A stretch of DNA of 64,000 bases from Yuukianura sp. NJ FZ-2021 (taxonomy: Eukaryota): the NCBI GenBank assembly GCA_046563655.1, contig CM102287.1, positions 868,001 through 932,000 on the forward strand. The letters run 5' to 3'. Made by a program: the position numbers and the translations under genes. The notes below the pieces were generated by a model. That model worked only from the letters and a program-made list of their open reading frames with translations, did no database searches and was not told the DNA's origin. Numbering within the stretch: the first letter of the stretch is position 1; each line of letters starts with the position of its first letter. Below are positions 1 to 12,537 of this stretch, piece after piece.

Positions 1-227
1 CAATTGATGATTTTATTGTGGTGCTTACTCATTTCGTTTGTGAATTGAGGCGAGAGCAAAATACAGACTGAGTGAATTTTAATTAGTCTAGTCTGATCGA
101 CTTTTCAGAATGAGTCATTGACGCTTGGTTGCTTTTTGCTCCGTTTCATATCACTCCAGTCATACAAAGCATTGCAATTTCACATTTTATTTTAACTTGC
201 TCTTTCACTTGTGAAACTAATATTAAC

Positions 228-1241
228 CTATTCTTCTGAAAAGGGGTTGCAATTTAGGCGTGCATTCAAATATTCTCCCGCCGCTTCATAGTCCAAGTTG
301 TCTTCGAGCCATTCATTTATCGCCAAGTTCATTTCGTCTTCTCCGCCTGGATGACTAGGCGTTTGGAGTAACATGGGGGGAGACGAATCTGCCAGCACAC
401 TAAGTGTTTCCACTGGAATGTCGTCGATCAATTCCATTGGGAGCTCATGCGGTAGTACCGGAGGAGCGGAAGCTGCTTCCTGCAGAAGCCTCAATACCAC
501 ATCGTAGTCTGGGTCTTGTGCTACGGGGAGATGAGCATCCATTCTTTCCATTTCCTTTAGCAACGCATCAATTTCGTCCATTTCATTGTCTTCTGCAACC
601 ATGGTGGAACTTGGCTGAAATTCTTCTTCGGAAATGTCACTAAAGGCTGGAGATGGTGCCGGTGTAGCAGGCATTTCGTCGTCGGAAGAATCTGAAATCT
701 CATCAAGGTGGAGAGACTTCCCTGCACATCTTCTTAGACCGGAAGGTGGAGCAACTGCCCAAATTGAAAAAAAAATTTACATTAAACTCAAAATTTGGTA
801 CAAATTTTCAATTCTGTATTGTTATAAACCTGCCAAGCGACCAATCAGGTTCCATGTTGTAGCCCGCCAAATCTGAACCTCCGCCGTTTCCATGATATTC
901 AGGAAGAATCCTTGCAATCTTTGGTCAGGGACTACAAGGCCTGGACCCCCAAACACTCGGCGGTAACTAAAAACTTGGACTGGGAGTTGAAGCTGTTTAA
1001 ATATTCTTTTGGACTCCTTGTCAATACATACAAGTATTTTTGCTTCTGCAAACAATGGTCGAACAATACCCGAGTGAGGAAGTCCAAGAATTTCCGAAAA
1101 ACAAAACGAAAGAGCGTGACGTTCTTTACATACAGTCGTGTGGTCAAAAATGAAAGCTTTTTTTTCAATAAAGTTTCCAATTATTAGCTTAATCAAGTGT
1201 CCGGCCTCACTAGCGCGGGCGTAGGATAAGAGAATTGACAT
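228..1241 (-). CDS. Polinton hypothetical protein, 2 exons (1241-830, 754-228), acidic C-terminal half
   Basis: GT-AG intron 755-829 joins ORF 822..1325 in frame to ORF 228..674 (phase checked). TATAAAA lies upstream near 1295. Confidence 0.6.
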
Positions 1242-1362
1242 TTTGAAAGTGTCAGTTGAAAATGACAGTTGAAATTTGGCGCGCGTCACTTTTATACACC
1301 GCGCTCTTCTGTACCATGGATTCAACGGTCGAAACTTGCGGTTCCATTTAATTTAGGTTAGT

Positions 1363-4300
1363 TTAATTTAATTTTTCCTCTTCTTCCGTTTTTTCTTGTT
1401 TTTGTGTTACGGCCAACCGAAAGTCGCCAAATGCAAAACTGAATGTGTTGTCGACAAAATGGCGCTTGATGTCAAATGAACCAATTCCACGACGATTCAG
1501 GATGGTGGTAACCATTTGATCATTTTCAAATTTTACCAACGGCACTTGAATCTGAGCTTGCTTTTCAAAGTTCAAAATGTAGCTTCGAAAGGTTTCGTGT
1601 TTTACATTTTCCTTGGCCCAATCCCGTCCAATTCCTCCGCATTTCAAAATTTCCTTTTCGTTTGACTCTGGATAGTTTAAGATCGAATACTGATTAGGAC
1701 TCGTAGCACAGACTTCGTAGATTCCGTCCGTCACGATTTTCAAAACTCCCGCTCTTCCCCTATTGGAGTCATCGTAGAGCTGATGATGCTTTGGTAAATT
1801 TGAAAAGTCAAAAATGTGTTTTAGGCTCCTTAGTTTTTGTAAATACGTCCGGTCAGGGTCGATGACCTTGACTAGGAGAGAGTCTGTGTTGTTTAAAATA
1901 TTTTTGACATCGCCAAACGTTGGCAAAATGTAATTGTAGTAGTAGTCGTAGAGCATAGTTTTTGCATTGCTCATAATCACAAGTGACAGAATACGCAAAT
2001 TCCGGGTAGGGACCTTGGTTTTCTTCATGTGAAATAGCGTGACGTCATTGTTGTAAATTTCAAAACTTTGAAACTTGTCTGATGCAAGCAGCCTTTGAGC
2101 GATCGTTCTAGTTTCACAAAACTTCTTTTGTGAGTAGTGTGTTGGGTCCAGCATCAACCTTCCATTTAAAGTTACTGACATTAGTTTGGCCAGCTGTCGC
2201 TCCGTCTCTGTAGGAGCATTTTTCTTTTTTTCCAAAATTCTTCCCATGTAATTTTGAAACAATCGCCGCTCTTGAAATTTGATTCCACTGTGGACAGCCG
2301 TTAGCCGAATTCCGATGCGGAGACAAAATGCCAGCATTTTATAATACAGAACGATGCGCTTTTTGGGAAGCAACGTCAGGAGAAGGAATTCGTGGCGTAG
2401 GTTTTTTTTTGTTTCTGAGCAAAATTCCTGCTGGGCAGTCGATAATAGGTTGTATTCCACAATTTTCTTCTCGGGAGGTAGAGGAAATTGACCTAGCTTT
2501 TCGTGAAGCTCATTGGGCACCACTAGGTCAACTTCAAACAAAAATCCAACCCCCGTGTCCCATTTTTGATGGATATAGTCGAATTCTCGCAGCTCGTCAC
2601 CAGTCATAAACTCATATCCCCCGCATGGTAGCATTCCTTGCGACCAATAGGCGTAGCATGACGTAATGTCTGCAAATAGGTGCTCTGACCTCTCTTCTTT
2701 GGGGTCAAAGTGCTGGGCCCCAAACCTGTCTGTGTTTGAAACTGAATGTCGAGTTGTGAGGTTAAAGAGACCAGCAACTAGCCCGCGATCCACAATTTGT
2801 GTCATTTCCGGATTTGTAATTAGCTCAACTTGGGCTTTTTCTGTAAAAAAGCAGCTGTCGAGGACAAACGAGTTGCAACTCCAAGTCGTTGCAATGTCGA
2901 GTCCGTATTCTTTAAACATGATTGAGCGCTGATTTTCAAAAGCTTCAGCTTCGAGGAGACATTCGACAGTCGTTAGAAATTCCAAATATTTGGAAACGCT
3001 TCCGGTCAGTCTGAGAACAATTAGAGATTCGACAGACTTTTCGTTGAGCATGCGCCAAAATTCCTCTTCTTCCAATTCTGTATCTTCTTCTAATGCTTTT
3101 TCGTACTCACTCACTGATTTGAACTTTGGCACTTTGAGTTTAAAGTTCAAAATCCACTTTTTTTCAATCAGTGGAAAGTTTTCATCCAAAAAATTTGTTA
3201 AAATTTGAAACTGACACTTTGAAACTAGCAGTTCAGTGACTAATCCCTGGATGCAAACATCCGGTCGATAATTTTTCAACTGTGAAATTCGTAGTGAGTT
3301 GCTATAAACGAGACCAATCGTGGTCCCGTCTTTGAGGGCAATTGGTTCAAGAAAATGGCGACTAGATTTGGTAGCCAAAAGCTTGAATTCATTTTGAACT
3401 CCAAAGCACATGGCCAGAAGATCCAGTTTGTATTTGATGTTCAAATTTTCCTTGGAATGAATCGACCCGAGGTAACTTCCGTCCATGTGGTTATGGTGAC
3501 AAACCTTGACATTTTCCGGAGTAAATTGACCTTGACACAAAAAAAACTAGAAAATAAATTTTAGTAAACACGAGGTCACCGTTCTTACCTCCGCACAAAT
3601 CACAAACTTGTACAGAAATGTGCCGCTGGATCTCATCGGCAGTCATTTTCACAGGAACGTTTCTATTGGCCAAAATGTGAATGACTCGATTTGAGGCTTC
3701 TAAAGCAGTGGTTATTAGCACTTGCATGCAATCGAGTCCGCGATGAGCGTGACGAAAAACTATTCCTTCTTGACCTAGTAGAACCATGACAACAGCGACA
3801 GGTATGGCGACAATTGAGCCATCATCTCTCGCCTCATGTACATAGTGAAACTTGAAATAAAAAATGTATGGAATCTTCAAAAGCATGTGAAGCTTGTTAA
3901 ACTCGAAAATGTTGGTTTTGGGTTCGAGCGTCACTGTTTCACCACAGACGTGATGCCCAATACGTTTTCTTTTTCTGCGGAAGCTTTTGAGACACTTGTG
4001 GCAAAAGTCGCTCTTGTTTTTTTCGTTTTTCCCCAGAAATCGTGATACGTCGGTAATGCACACAAAATGTGATTTGTCTTCATTTTCAATTTGAAGCAAA
4101 TTGACATGATGTCTCCTCGTCTCTGTTGTTGCTCGTGACAGGCTGACCTCTGACCCATCGACCCGAAACAGATTCAGGGAAATTTCGGGATTATTTTGTT
4201 CAAAAGTGTCAAAATCCAAAACTGAAACTCCGCCTTCCTTGTCGATGCCTTCAAAATTTAGAGCTCCAAGGTACGGCACATATGAGCCTTCCTTGATTAA

Positions 4301-5146
4301 CTTTTTTTGACGAAATTTGTCGCATCGTTTTGGTTCCTCTGCCCCAAGAGACCTTCTCCTCGAAAGTTTCGATTGGACAATTTCGTTTCCGTAAATTCCA
4401 CATAGGATTGAATTTTCGAAACAGTTGTTAGTTTTTATGTTGACCAAGCCGTGTCTCCTCTGTAGAAATGGGGGGAGGGGTATGTATCCCTTTCCCCTCA
4501 AAGGCTTGTACTCTCCAATGTGCACTTGAACCTCTTTGATGGCTTCAATTCTCCATTCTGAGCCACGCACGAGATACAAGTTGAGACTTTCGATAACATA
4601 GGCAGTGTTTTGTAAAATTGATCGCTGAATGTAGTTGGCATGAGTAACTGTAGTAAACGGGGAAGAAACTGGAGAATCGGGATGTCGAATGTCGTACCGA
4701 ATCTCAATCATGTCACAAAGCAGCTTTAGTGCAAATCTGAGACCCTTGTAGTGTGACAAGAGTTGTGACAAGAGTTTGTGCATCGGAGCATAGATGCTGT
4801 CAATCAACGGAGCCACTGAGCAAGTTGGTGGGTCCGTGGCAGGAACCTTGTAGACGTAAATTGCAACTGACCCATTGCACGAGTAGCTGGCTTCTTTGAA
4901 AACGGAAAGGTCAAGCTGCCGTGGACCAGCGAATCCAGGACCCCCTCTGCCCCTCTGACTACAGTTGAAATGCTCTGCATTTTTATTCATGAACGTTTTT
5001 CCACAACTACATTCGTGCGTCGCTTCATAGTGCACGTCTAGCCAGTAGTATGTACGACATTTGTACTTGCACTTGGAAGCTCCTTTTGAAAATCCACAAC
5101 TAAATACCGAATGTCGCTTGTTGCCATTTTTGAGTTGAAAAGACAT
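1363..5146 (-). CDS. Protein-primed family B DNA polymerase (pPolB), ~1241 aa, 2 exons, degenerate catalytic motifs
   Basis: Intron 3531-3588 joins CDLCG|GQFTPENVKVCHHNH (EndoVII/HNH-like insert). N-terminal YKPLRGKGYIPLP..NIKTNNCF..HVNLL..SHFVCI is typical of Polinton pPolB. Motif A DITSCY, motif B KLMSVTLNGR, motif C NNTDS. Confidence 0.85.
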
Positions 5147-5395
5147 GATGCAGCGGCCAAAGTTAAGCGACACTGATTGCGACTCGGTTTTTCTAAAGAT
5201 GTTGCTCTGACCAAGGTCAAACGACTACTGACATGCAAGCTCCACCTGGTCCAGCTATATAGGTCGAAACCGACTAAAAACAATTTTGAAGGCCGAAATG
5301 TATTTTCTTTTTTTTTTATTTTATTTTTAAATGGTGCCAGGAAATATACTACACAGTAGGCCGACTTATTCTAAGGGAAATTAATGTACAATGGG

Positions 5396-5927
5396 CTATG
5401 GTTGCGAAGTCGAAGGTCTAAACAGGTAGGCTTTCAGATTGTCGCACTTGATTTTGGCTCCAATGTAAAAGGCCACACCGTAAATGACTGCGCCTGTGGA
5501 AACAAAACAAATTAAAAATTAAAAAATAAAAATTTTCGAAAATTGTTGGAGAAAATATTTTTAATTTACCCAGGATTGTAAACAGGCATGGTGGCACTGC
5601 AGAGTATGGACCCAGGGCTCCAAGGGATTCTTCAAATTTTGTAATTAGGGGAGATAGCGGCGACGCGTCAATTCCGGGAAATGAAACATTTTGAGGGGAC
5701 CCAAAGCGAGTGCATTCCTTGAGGGTTCTAGAAGCTGAAAGTAAAACTTGCCCAGGCTGAAATCGATGTGCGTCTGATGCACAAAATTGTTGCTCAGCAA
5801 AAAGAGTCCAGGCTTGAACAAATGTAGATTGTGTATTTACACAACTTTCGCAGCGAACCTTGAGCGAAGGGGGTACTGCACACGCGCAAACCAGAAGGCT
5901 TGAGACAATAAGCTCCAAGAGTGCCAT
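5396..5927 (-). CDS. Small predicted type I membrane protein (signal peptide, Cys-containing ectodomain, TM), 2 exons, 151 aa
   Basis: Hydrophobic N-terminus MALLELIVSSLLVCACA. Intron 5494-5569 gives TM CLFTILGAVIYGVAFYIGA and a stop at 5396. Confidence 0.65.
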
Positions 5928-6050
5928 GGTGACGTGTGCTTGGTTCGACTGCTAAACTTGAACTGCAGACTATTCCCGCCGTCGCCTGACTTTTCTACGT
6001 CTACTGTGATCATGTGCTGGTTATGTGCCGCATTCCGGATTCTTTTATGC

Positions 6051-7157
6051 TCAAGAAAATCTTGGCGTTGCGTCCGACATGTAGTCGTATTCGATGCTGT
6101 GTATTTGAGTGTGGGGAAACGGAAAATCGTTGCGAAAATATTCCACCTTGTTGGAGACCATAATAAGCCGGGGTCCCATGCAAGCATGAACTTGTCTCAG
6201 AAGATATTTCGGGATGGAGGCGGCATTTATAGCGATAACTGCAGTTGCAGTTTTGATTTTTGCATTCGTCTCTGGATCTTCCAACCCGACTCGCATTTCT
6301 TCCGGGAACGTAAAAATGAGGTTATAATTTTTGATGCAATAGATGAAATCTCCATGTTTTCCCACGAGCGCATGGGGTTCATATCTTGTCGGATACACGA
6401 GTGGCATCCTGTGTAGATTTTTGTAGTCGGCGAGTTCCGTCGTGTCAAATATTCCTATGTCTCGATAGCTTGGGTAACCAAGGTGGCGTTTTAAAACTTC
6501 ATACATCAACAACCCGGAAGCCAAAATTATGACCTTTTCAACTCCAATTACATATGGCGCCAACGCAGTAAACAAGATGCGCTTGTATTCGCTTTGGTAA
6601 TATACCAAAATCGGAGTAGTTCCTCCGATCCACTGGGTCTCGAGATTGGACAAGCCAATTGCCTGGTCCTTTTGAATGTACCGCCTGGTGGATCTCTTGA
6701 ATTTCTTTCTCATGACATATTCGACGATAATGGAGCTCATGGAGATATGAAGGCGCGAAAACTGGGATCTTCTATTCTCTGGCCTTGGTTCATGTTGTCT
6801 GAAAGGACGAAAATGAACCTTTCCTCCAATGACTGAGCACGGCGTGTATTTTTTTGAAAATTCGAGTTCAAGCTTCAAATCAGCTTCCGGATCTCCGACA
6901 CAGCCGATACATGGGCAAATGTTCTTTTCCTTGTAGAGACCTGGATCCTTCAACTGATTTTGACATTCTGCAATCTTGACTTTTAATTGCTCAACTCCAG
7001 TTAGCGGCTCAATGTGAGTAGTTTGTATTGGTAGTGCTAATGGCGCCAACTCCACAATATCCTCTACTAATACTTTTTGGCAGCCGCAGCCCTCATATGG
7101 CCTTACTTCCTTGCTGGGCTCCTCCTTGGAACAAACTGCTTCCGAAGCAGATTCCAT
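6051..7157 (-). CDS. Polinton hypothetical protein, 368 aa (possibly a degenerate DEDD-like fold)
   Basis: Long ORF co-oriented with its neighbours. The middle part only loosely recalls nuclease-like Polinton accessory ORFs. Confidence 0.55.
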   Translation of the reverse strand: MESASEAVCSKEEPSKEVRPYEGCGCQKVLVEDIVELAPLALPIQTTHIEPLTGVEQLKVKIAECQNQLKDPGLYKEKNICPCIGCVGDPEADLKLELEFSKKYTPCSVIGGKVHFRPFRQHEPRPENRRSQFSRLHISMSSIIVEYVMRKKFKRSTRRYIQKDQAIGLSNLETQWIGGTTPILVYYQSEYKRILFTALAPYVIGVEKVIILASGLLMYEVLKRHLGYPSYRDIGIFDTTELADYKNLHRMPLVYPTRYEPHALVGKHGDFIYCIKNYNLIFTFPEEMRVGLEDPETNAKIKTATAVIAINAASIPKYLLRQVHACMGPRLIMVSNKVEYFRNDFPFPHTQIHSIEYDYMSDATPRFS

Positions 7158-7388
7158 TTTAAAACTAAAGAGAAAGTAGCAAGGGAGTTTGTATTTTATA
7201 TCATCTCGGAAAAACTAAGTCTTAGTAGTATATCCGGTATAACCTCGTAACCACATTTTTTATAATTGGATCAATTAAAATTTGGACCAAATTAATCAAA
7301 TGTCGCCTTTCGAATGTCGCTTTTTGAGTGTCGTCGGGTGTTACAAAAGGTTAGAGCTAATTGCAACTGCATTGTCGCCAAAAACTAA

Positions 7389-9126
7389 TTAATGCTGTTC
7401 ACTGCCACCGTCCAATTTGGAGATCGAATGACTTCCTTGTAGTAATTTTAGCCGTTCTTCCTCTGCCTGCCACGCTCTCAAGTGGGAAGACCGAGACCCG
7501 TTGACCACATCTACTCGAAAGGGTGTCGAAAAGACCAAATCCTTTAAGCTCTTTACTCTTGAGCATGCAGTGTAAATTAGCATCGGCGACAGTCGAAAGA
7601 ATAGACTGTCACGAGACGGAGCTCTCGGGATGGAGACGACAACCTGTATGGAAATGCCAAAGCATGATCACCTTAAAGTTTTCAAGACAATAGGCTTACT
7701 TTGTTTAGAGTGAGGCCTTGACTTTTGTGAACCGAGACGGCAAACGCCAATTCTAGGGGCAGTTGAGTTCTTGTAAAAGTAATCTTTTCCACCGGATCTG
7801 TCACTGGATACTGGATAGGGACAATTGGAATTTCGTTTAATTTTCCAGAATAAAGAAAATGAGGTCCATAATAGCTTTCTGGCTTGATCATGACAAACAA
7901 TGGAAATCCACTTGCGTCCCTCTCGTTTGAAATTTGTGTCACCGTAGCTATTGCTCCATTGTATAATCCAGCCTAAAACATAATTTTGTAAATCGTTACA
8001 CGGCCCCACAATTGTTTCAAGTTCTCACCTCGACCCAGAGGTTCCGTGTAATTGTGACCTTGGCCCCCACCGCTAGCCTGAGCACATGCTCTTTGGAAGA
8101 TTTAGGATTTTTCGACTTGATGTCTACAATTTCGGTTCCGAGCTTTTCCAGTCTAAACGCATTGTAGTGGTCTACAAACTTTCTTTCCGCAAACAAAATT
8201 GTAGCATCTGCAAAATCTTCTAGCTCTTCTTCGCTCAATTGTGATGCACACCGACCAGAGAGCAACTGGGCATCTTCATTATTGATTTGTCCGACACGCA
8301 TTCGTAGCAACAATTGGCGAAAAGTCTGCTCTTCAGGGTCACGCTGGCGCATATTCTGTTGTAAGAAAAAGACGCGCGAAAAGGATGCATAAGCCGCGGC
8401 ACCAGCCACTTCAAAACGATTATTTGGATCCGGCTTTGCATAAATTGGTTTTTCTGCAACCGGTGGCAGCTAAATCAAAAATTATAAAAACTAAAATTTC
8501 GACTGTTAGAGAACTGAGAAGGAAAAATTACTTGGGCGCAGTCTCCAAACATTACGATGCTTTTTCCTCCAAAGGGTTCCGTATTTTGGAAAATTGCAGA
8601 AAGCCTCAAGCTGACAAATCCCAATAGCTGAAGACCTATGAGACTCGATTCGTCGAAAATTAGCCAATCGTTTTTATGCAATTGGCGCCCAACACTTTGC
8701 CCAAATTTTCCAGGCTGAGATTTTAAAAAGTTGAGGGATAAAAATAAGCCCTTGTGGAACGTTTTTCCTCCTAAGCAGACATAAAGACAAACTTCAATCA
8801 CAAAATTAAGGTGAAATTGAATTCAACTTACCAATCAAATGTGCAGAACTCCCCGTAAAACTAAAAATTTCGCATCGTTTACTAAATTGCGCAAAAAGGT
8901 CCCTAAGAAATAAAATGACAGTCGATTTCCCACTGCCTGCGGTTCCCATAACCAAGAGACGAAGGGGTTCGAGGTTAGATTCCAAATGTTTTTGGACGTG
9001 TTGCACAATTTGCTGTTGATCCAAATTTAGTTGGTCAAACGAAACTCTATTGTACTTTCTTTCCCTCAAGTGCCCCCGCTTCTTGGCTTCTGGGATAAAA
9101 TTTTGATAAATATTTTCAGAGTCCAT
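7389..9126 (-). CDS. PIF1-family SF1B helicase, 5 exons (~500 aa; 22 further N-terminal codons at 11003-11068 separated by an insertion)
   Basis: Walker A GTAGSGKS, Walker B FDESS, FGGKSIVMFGDCAQLPPV, NMRQ, NLWVEAGLYNG, QLPLELAFAVSVHKSQGLTL, YTACSR. Introns 8771-8831, 8470-8531, 7973-8028 and 7644-7699 are all GT-AG and phase-consistent. Confidence 0.9.
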
Positions 9127-11000
9127 CCCGACAAACACAAGGGTAATGGTTAGGTTATGGCATTGTGATGGCACGTTGGGGTAGTATTGGTTTCTAACTT
9201 GCCAATACCCGCAATTTTTGGGCCAGCAAGGTACCACCACCTTGTACCAGCAGCAGTTTTTATAGCCAGCATTGTTGGTAATGAACTGGCTTTTTGTATC
9301 GGCCCAATACTGGTAGGCCGATGTGAACCCGAAAATTTAAAAAGAGCTAATGGTTAAGTGCGGAACCAGTAATGGCAACCCGATACGCAGAATTTGTGGA
9401 TTAAACTTTACTTAACCAGAGCTGGACCAATGTAACAGCACTGGAACTTTTCCCGCTCAGTATAACAAAGGAACCCAACAATTTTACATTTTACCAAGTT
9501 ATAAAATAGTTGACTTCTAATTTTACTCCTATTTTAACTCTATTACGATGACTGAGTTTAAGTTTGCGTTAGTTCAATTCAACGTCGATAACTCAGTGTC
9601 AGTCATCCCAAAGAATTGGTTAAGTGACGACGAAACTCTGTGCTTATGGGGAAGTGACATCAATACGTCCAGAATTAAGCACTGCAAAGCACCAGGGGAG
9701 GACTGGACATACTACGAAGTTAAAGTTTTACGCAAATTTGGTGAGGTTTCCTAAATATTGTTGGCTATACGTAGTGCACTACATTAAGTTGGCCTGTTTG
9801 TTAATTAATATTTTGTTGCCAGATAACTACAAATCAGCGAGGAAATACGAGCTGAGAAGCGAAAACAATACCGATTTGGACACCACGGATATCGACCAGC
9901 CTAGACGGAAGAAGAAAAACGCTCCGGTCACAAGTCCAGCTGCTACTGCTACTTACGAAGTGCTGGGACCAACTGAAAACAACCTTAGTTTTCCGATTCC
10001 ATCAGGTGCTGTTGAATCTCGTTATGCTGCAATTTTTAGTGAGATTAATAACTCTTAACAGTTTTCTATTATAATTTCAGTAACTGAAGTACAATCCAAC
10101 GTTCAAATCGTCACTCTTCCTGACTTAATCTCAAGGGAAGAATTCCAAGGTTAGTGTTGAATGCTTACTTGATCAATGTAATTTTTAAATCGCCAGCAAA
10201 TGATATGTAACGTTAACTATAATTTTAATTTTTATGCAGCATTCCAACTGGTACACTTCCGAAAATTAAAAGAAATTGCTCAAATTTGTAAAGCAAATAG
10301 TCGGGCAATTGCAGCATTGGAAAGTGGAACTACTACTGAACCTCATGACGGAATTCCTAGCTTGCCTGCTACAACAGTTGATGAATTGACACAACTGGAT
10401 CAGTGGATCTACTCAAACACAGAAAGCAGGGCTAAATTGGTAATGTTTTATCCTATGGATAGTCGTGATTTACAAATTGGTCTAGTTGAGAACTTGTCAA
10501 ATACAGTAGAACAAGTAGCTTTGTCTGAGTTAAAAATCAAATGTGTCAAGACACCCTTTTTGCAACATAAGTATATTTGTATCCCTATGATATAGTTTAA
10601 GTTTAAGATTACTTAAGTTACATAGGGTCGTAGAATTTATTTTTATATAAAATTTAGGTCACACACAATTAACTGTTATCATTATTTTGACGATTAATAA
10701 ATTTTAAAAAAAACTCTGGGATTCTACTGGCATAAACTTTTTTACCACTACTGGGGCAGTGCTGGAATATGAGTGGCAATTGTTGGCACTAACGGTACCA
10801 TGGGCTCAGCCAGCACTGGCCCAATATGCAAGCGCTAACACATCTACCTGTGCTGGAAATTATCTCATTGGTCCACTGATGGCTTTATACCGGGTAATGC
10901 AATAGGTATTTCATTGGCAAAACGGCCAAACTGATGGAATACCAACAGTTTCTTGCCACATGTCAGCCAGCGTCCCACCATTACTGGCGTGTTTGTCGGG
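9127..11000 (+). mobile_element. Non-autonomous CACTA/EnSpm-like DNA transposon
   Basis: TIR CCCGACAAACAC...GTGTTTGTCGGG with 2-bp TSD AT (9125-9126, 11001-11002). Its removal restores the helicase reading frame. Confidence 0.8.
9548..10439 (+). pseudogene. Truncated multi-exon transposon accessory gene (DUF4806-associated type)
   Basis: FALVQF..VSVIPKNWL..CLW..W..YEVKVL..DNYKSA N-terminal pattern, then LPATTVDELTQLDQWI. Several GT-AG introns; C-terminus missing. Confidence 0.55.
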
Positions 11001-11135
11001 ATGTGCCCTGGCTGACGTCTTAAGACAGACTGATTAGTCGCCTCGAGGGAGACAGGGGGATAGGTCATTCATTCATGACACACAGAATAGGACTGGCGAC
11101 CATCGTTGGTCGCCTTGTTACTTTAGTTTTTAACG

Positions 11136-11173
11136 TATAAAAGGCGCAATTTTTCAAAATTTGTCATTCAGTC
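11136..11173 (+). promoter_or_regulatory. TATA box plus arthropod-type initiator
   Basis: TATAAAA at 11136 and TCATTCAGTC at 11164, just before the ATG at 11179. Confidence 0.5.
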
Positions 11174-11178
11174 TGCAA

Positions 11179-11963
11179 ATGGAAGGGACACAGGAAACTC
11201 GCTCTGACTTGCCGGAGCAAGTCATCAAACCTTACAGAAAACGAGGGCGAGACCTAATCACCGGTGGACAGGATGATTTAGAGGAGGACCAAGTTGCACA
11301 AAAACGTGGATTTTCGTTTAACGGGCTCAACTCGGATTCCAAGGCCGCATACTTGGAACGATGCAAGCTTCTTCCTTACCAGCATCATTTACAACAACAA
11401 TTTTTTGAAGAGTCGGTAGTGCAGACGATTGCAATCAATACCAAATTCTTGGTTAGGCTTGGCTTTGACGCATACAACGACATTTGGAAAATTTTCATCA
11501 AGAGACCAAATTTTGGTGGGAAACCTTCAATTGTTACGATGCTTCTTGTCGAGGCCAAGCAGTTTGTTGACTATGTCAACAACGAACTTTTGCCTTCAAT
11601 TGACAATGGAATAATGACTGGCATTGTTCCATTTCGAAGCGAAAGCGACGCTAGGCCAAACACGCAACAATTTTGGGAAGAGGATGACGTCTACGTCGTA
11701 CCATCTGGCACGTTTCGAATGCGCACGCTCCACAAGATGGGCAAAGTGTTCATGAACTACTTGAACACTCCGGTATACACTTCTGTGTACAATAATTTCT
11801 TTGGGTAATGTCAATTTTCAATTGGGAATACATTTATGTCAAAAATAATGGCTCAATTTCTATTTTCAGGCCGCGGGTAATTCTTTCTCGACCAGAGTTG
11901 GAGTTGCTGATCAAGGTCATTGAGCAGATCCTGGACAGTATCCCACCGGCTGAAGAAATATAA
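11179..11963 (+). CDS. Polinton hypothetical protein, 2 exons, possible PC4-like ssDNA-binding protein
   Basis: Intron 11805-11869 gives ...NNFFG|PRVILSRPELELLIKVIEQI, resembling the PC4 strand-helix end. Family call is tentative. Confidence 0.55.
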
Positions 11964-12016
11964 TGGACGTACCACTACTGGAGTCAAATGACTACAATTA
12001 TAAACTATTTGAAATT

Positions 12017-12535
12017 TCAATTTTTCTTTTCGATTCCTTTTGCCAAATCTTTCCGAGTTTTAAAGCCAGAATTGTTGGCGTCCGTAAAGTCATCTGGTGC
12101 GGTATCCGGGTAAAACAGTTGCGCTGTCATTCGCGATTTTTTGTCCCCCTCCGATCTGCCGAGAATTTCGGGAATCGTGCTGCGGTAAACATACTTGCCG
12201 CAGCTATCCGAAATTGTTGTAGAATGCAGATTAACCTTGACATTGTTCCAGAGGAGGTGGAAAAACAAATTCGCAGGAGCGACATTATCGTCTGTCGCAA
12301 TCTTTGTGCCATCGGCATTAACAATCCGCGCACGAACATACAAGTAGCTGTGACCCAGATGATAGTACAGCTTTGATTTCGGGATTGTAAACGTGATTTG
12401 CGCGTCATCGCTCAGAGGAGTGGTAGGTTTGAGGTGAAGAAACTGTGACTCTAAAATTCCCACGTCAGTAGGTGGGACTTCAAAAATGTTCAGCGAATTT
12501 TGATAACTTTTTCGGCTTTTGCTTAGAAATTCCAT
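12017..12535 (-). CDS. Polinton major capsid protein (hexon-like), N-terminal ~172 aa only
   Basis: LNIFEVPPTDVGI..KPTTPL..ITFTIP..SYLYVRARI..VAPANLFFHLLW..YVYRS..LFYPDT..NSGFKTR matches the Polinton MCP N-terminus. The ORF stops about 50 bp from a convergent gene. Confidence 0.75.
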   Translation of the reverse strand: MEFLSKSRKSYQNSLNIFEVPPTDVGILESQFLHLKPTTPLSDDAQITFTIPKSKLYYHLGHSYLYVRARIVNADGTKIATDDNVAPANLFFHLLWNNVKVNLHSTTISDSCGKYVYRSTIPEILGRSEGDKKSRMTAQLFYPDTAPDDFTDANNSGFKTRKDLAKGIEKKN

Positions 12536-12537
12536 GC

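Noticed and set aside
7389..9126. A second Helitron
   Set aside because: No HUH Rep domain or Helitron termini are adjacent; the gene sits among Polinton genes.
9127..9240. N-terminal MVVPCWPK extension of the helicase
   Set aside because: It is transposon terminal sequence; the true upstream codons lie at 11003-11068.
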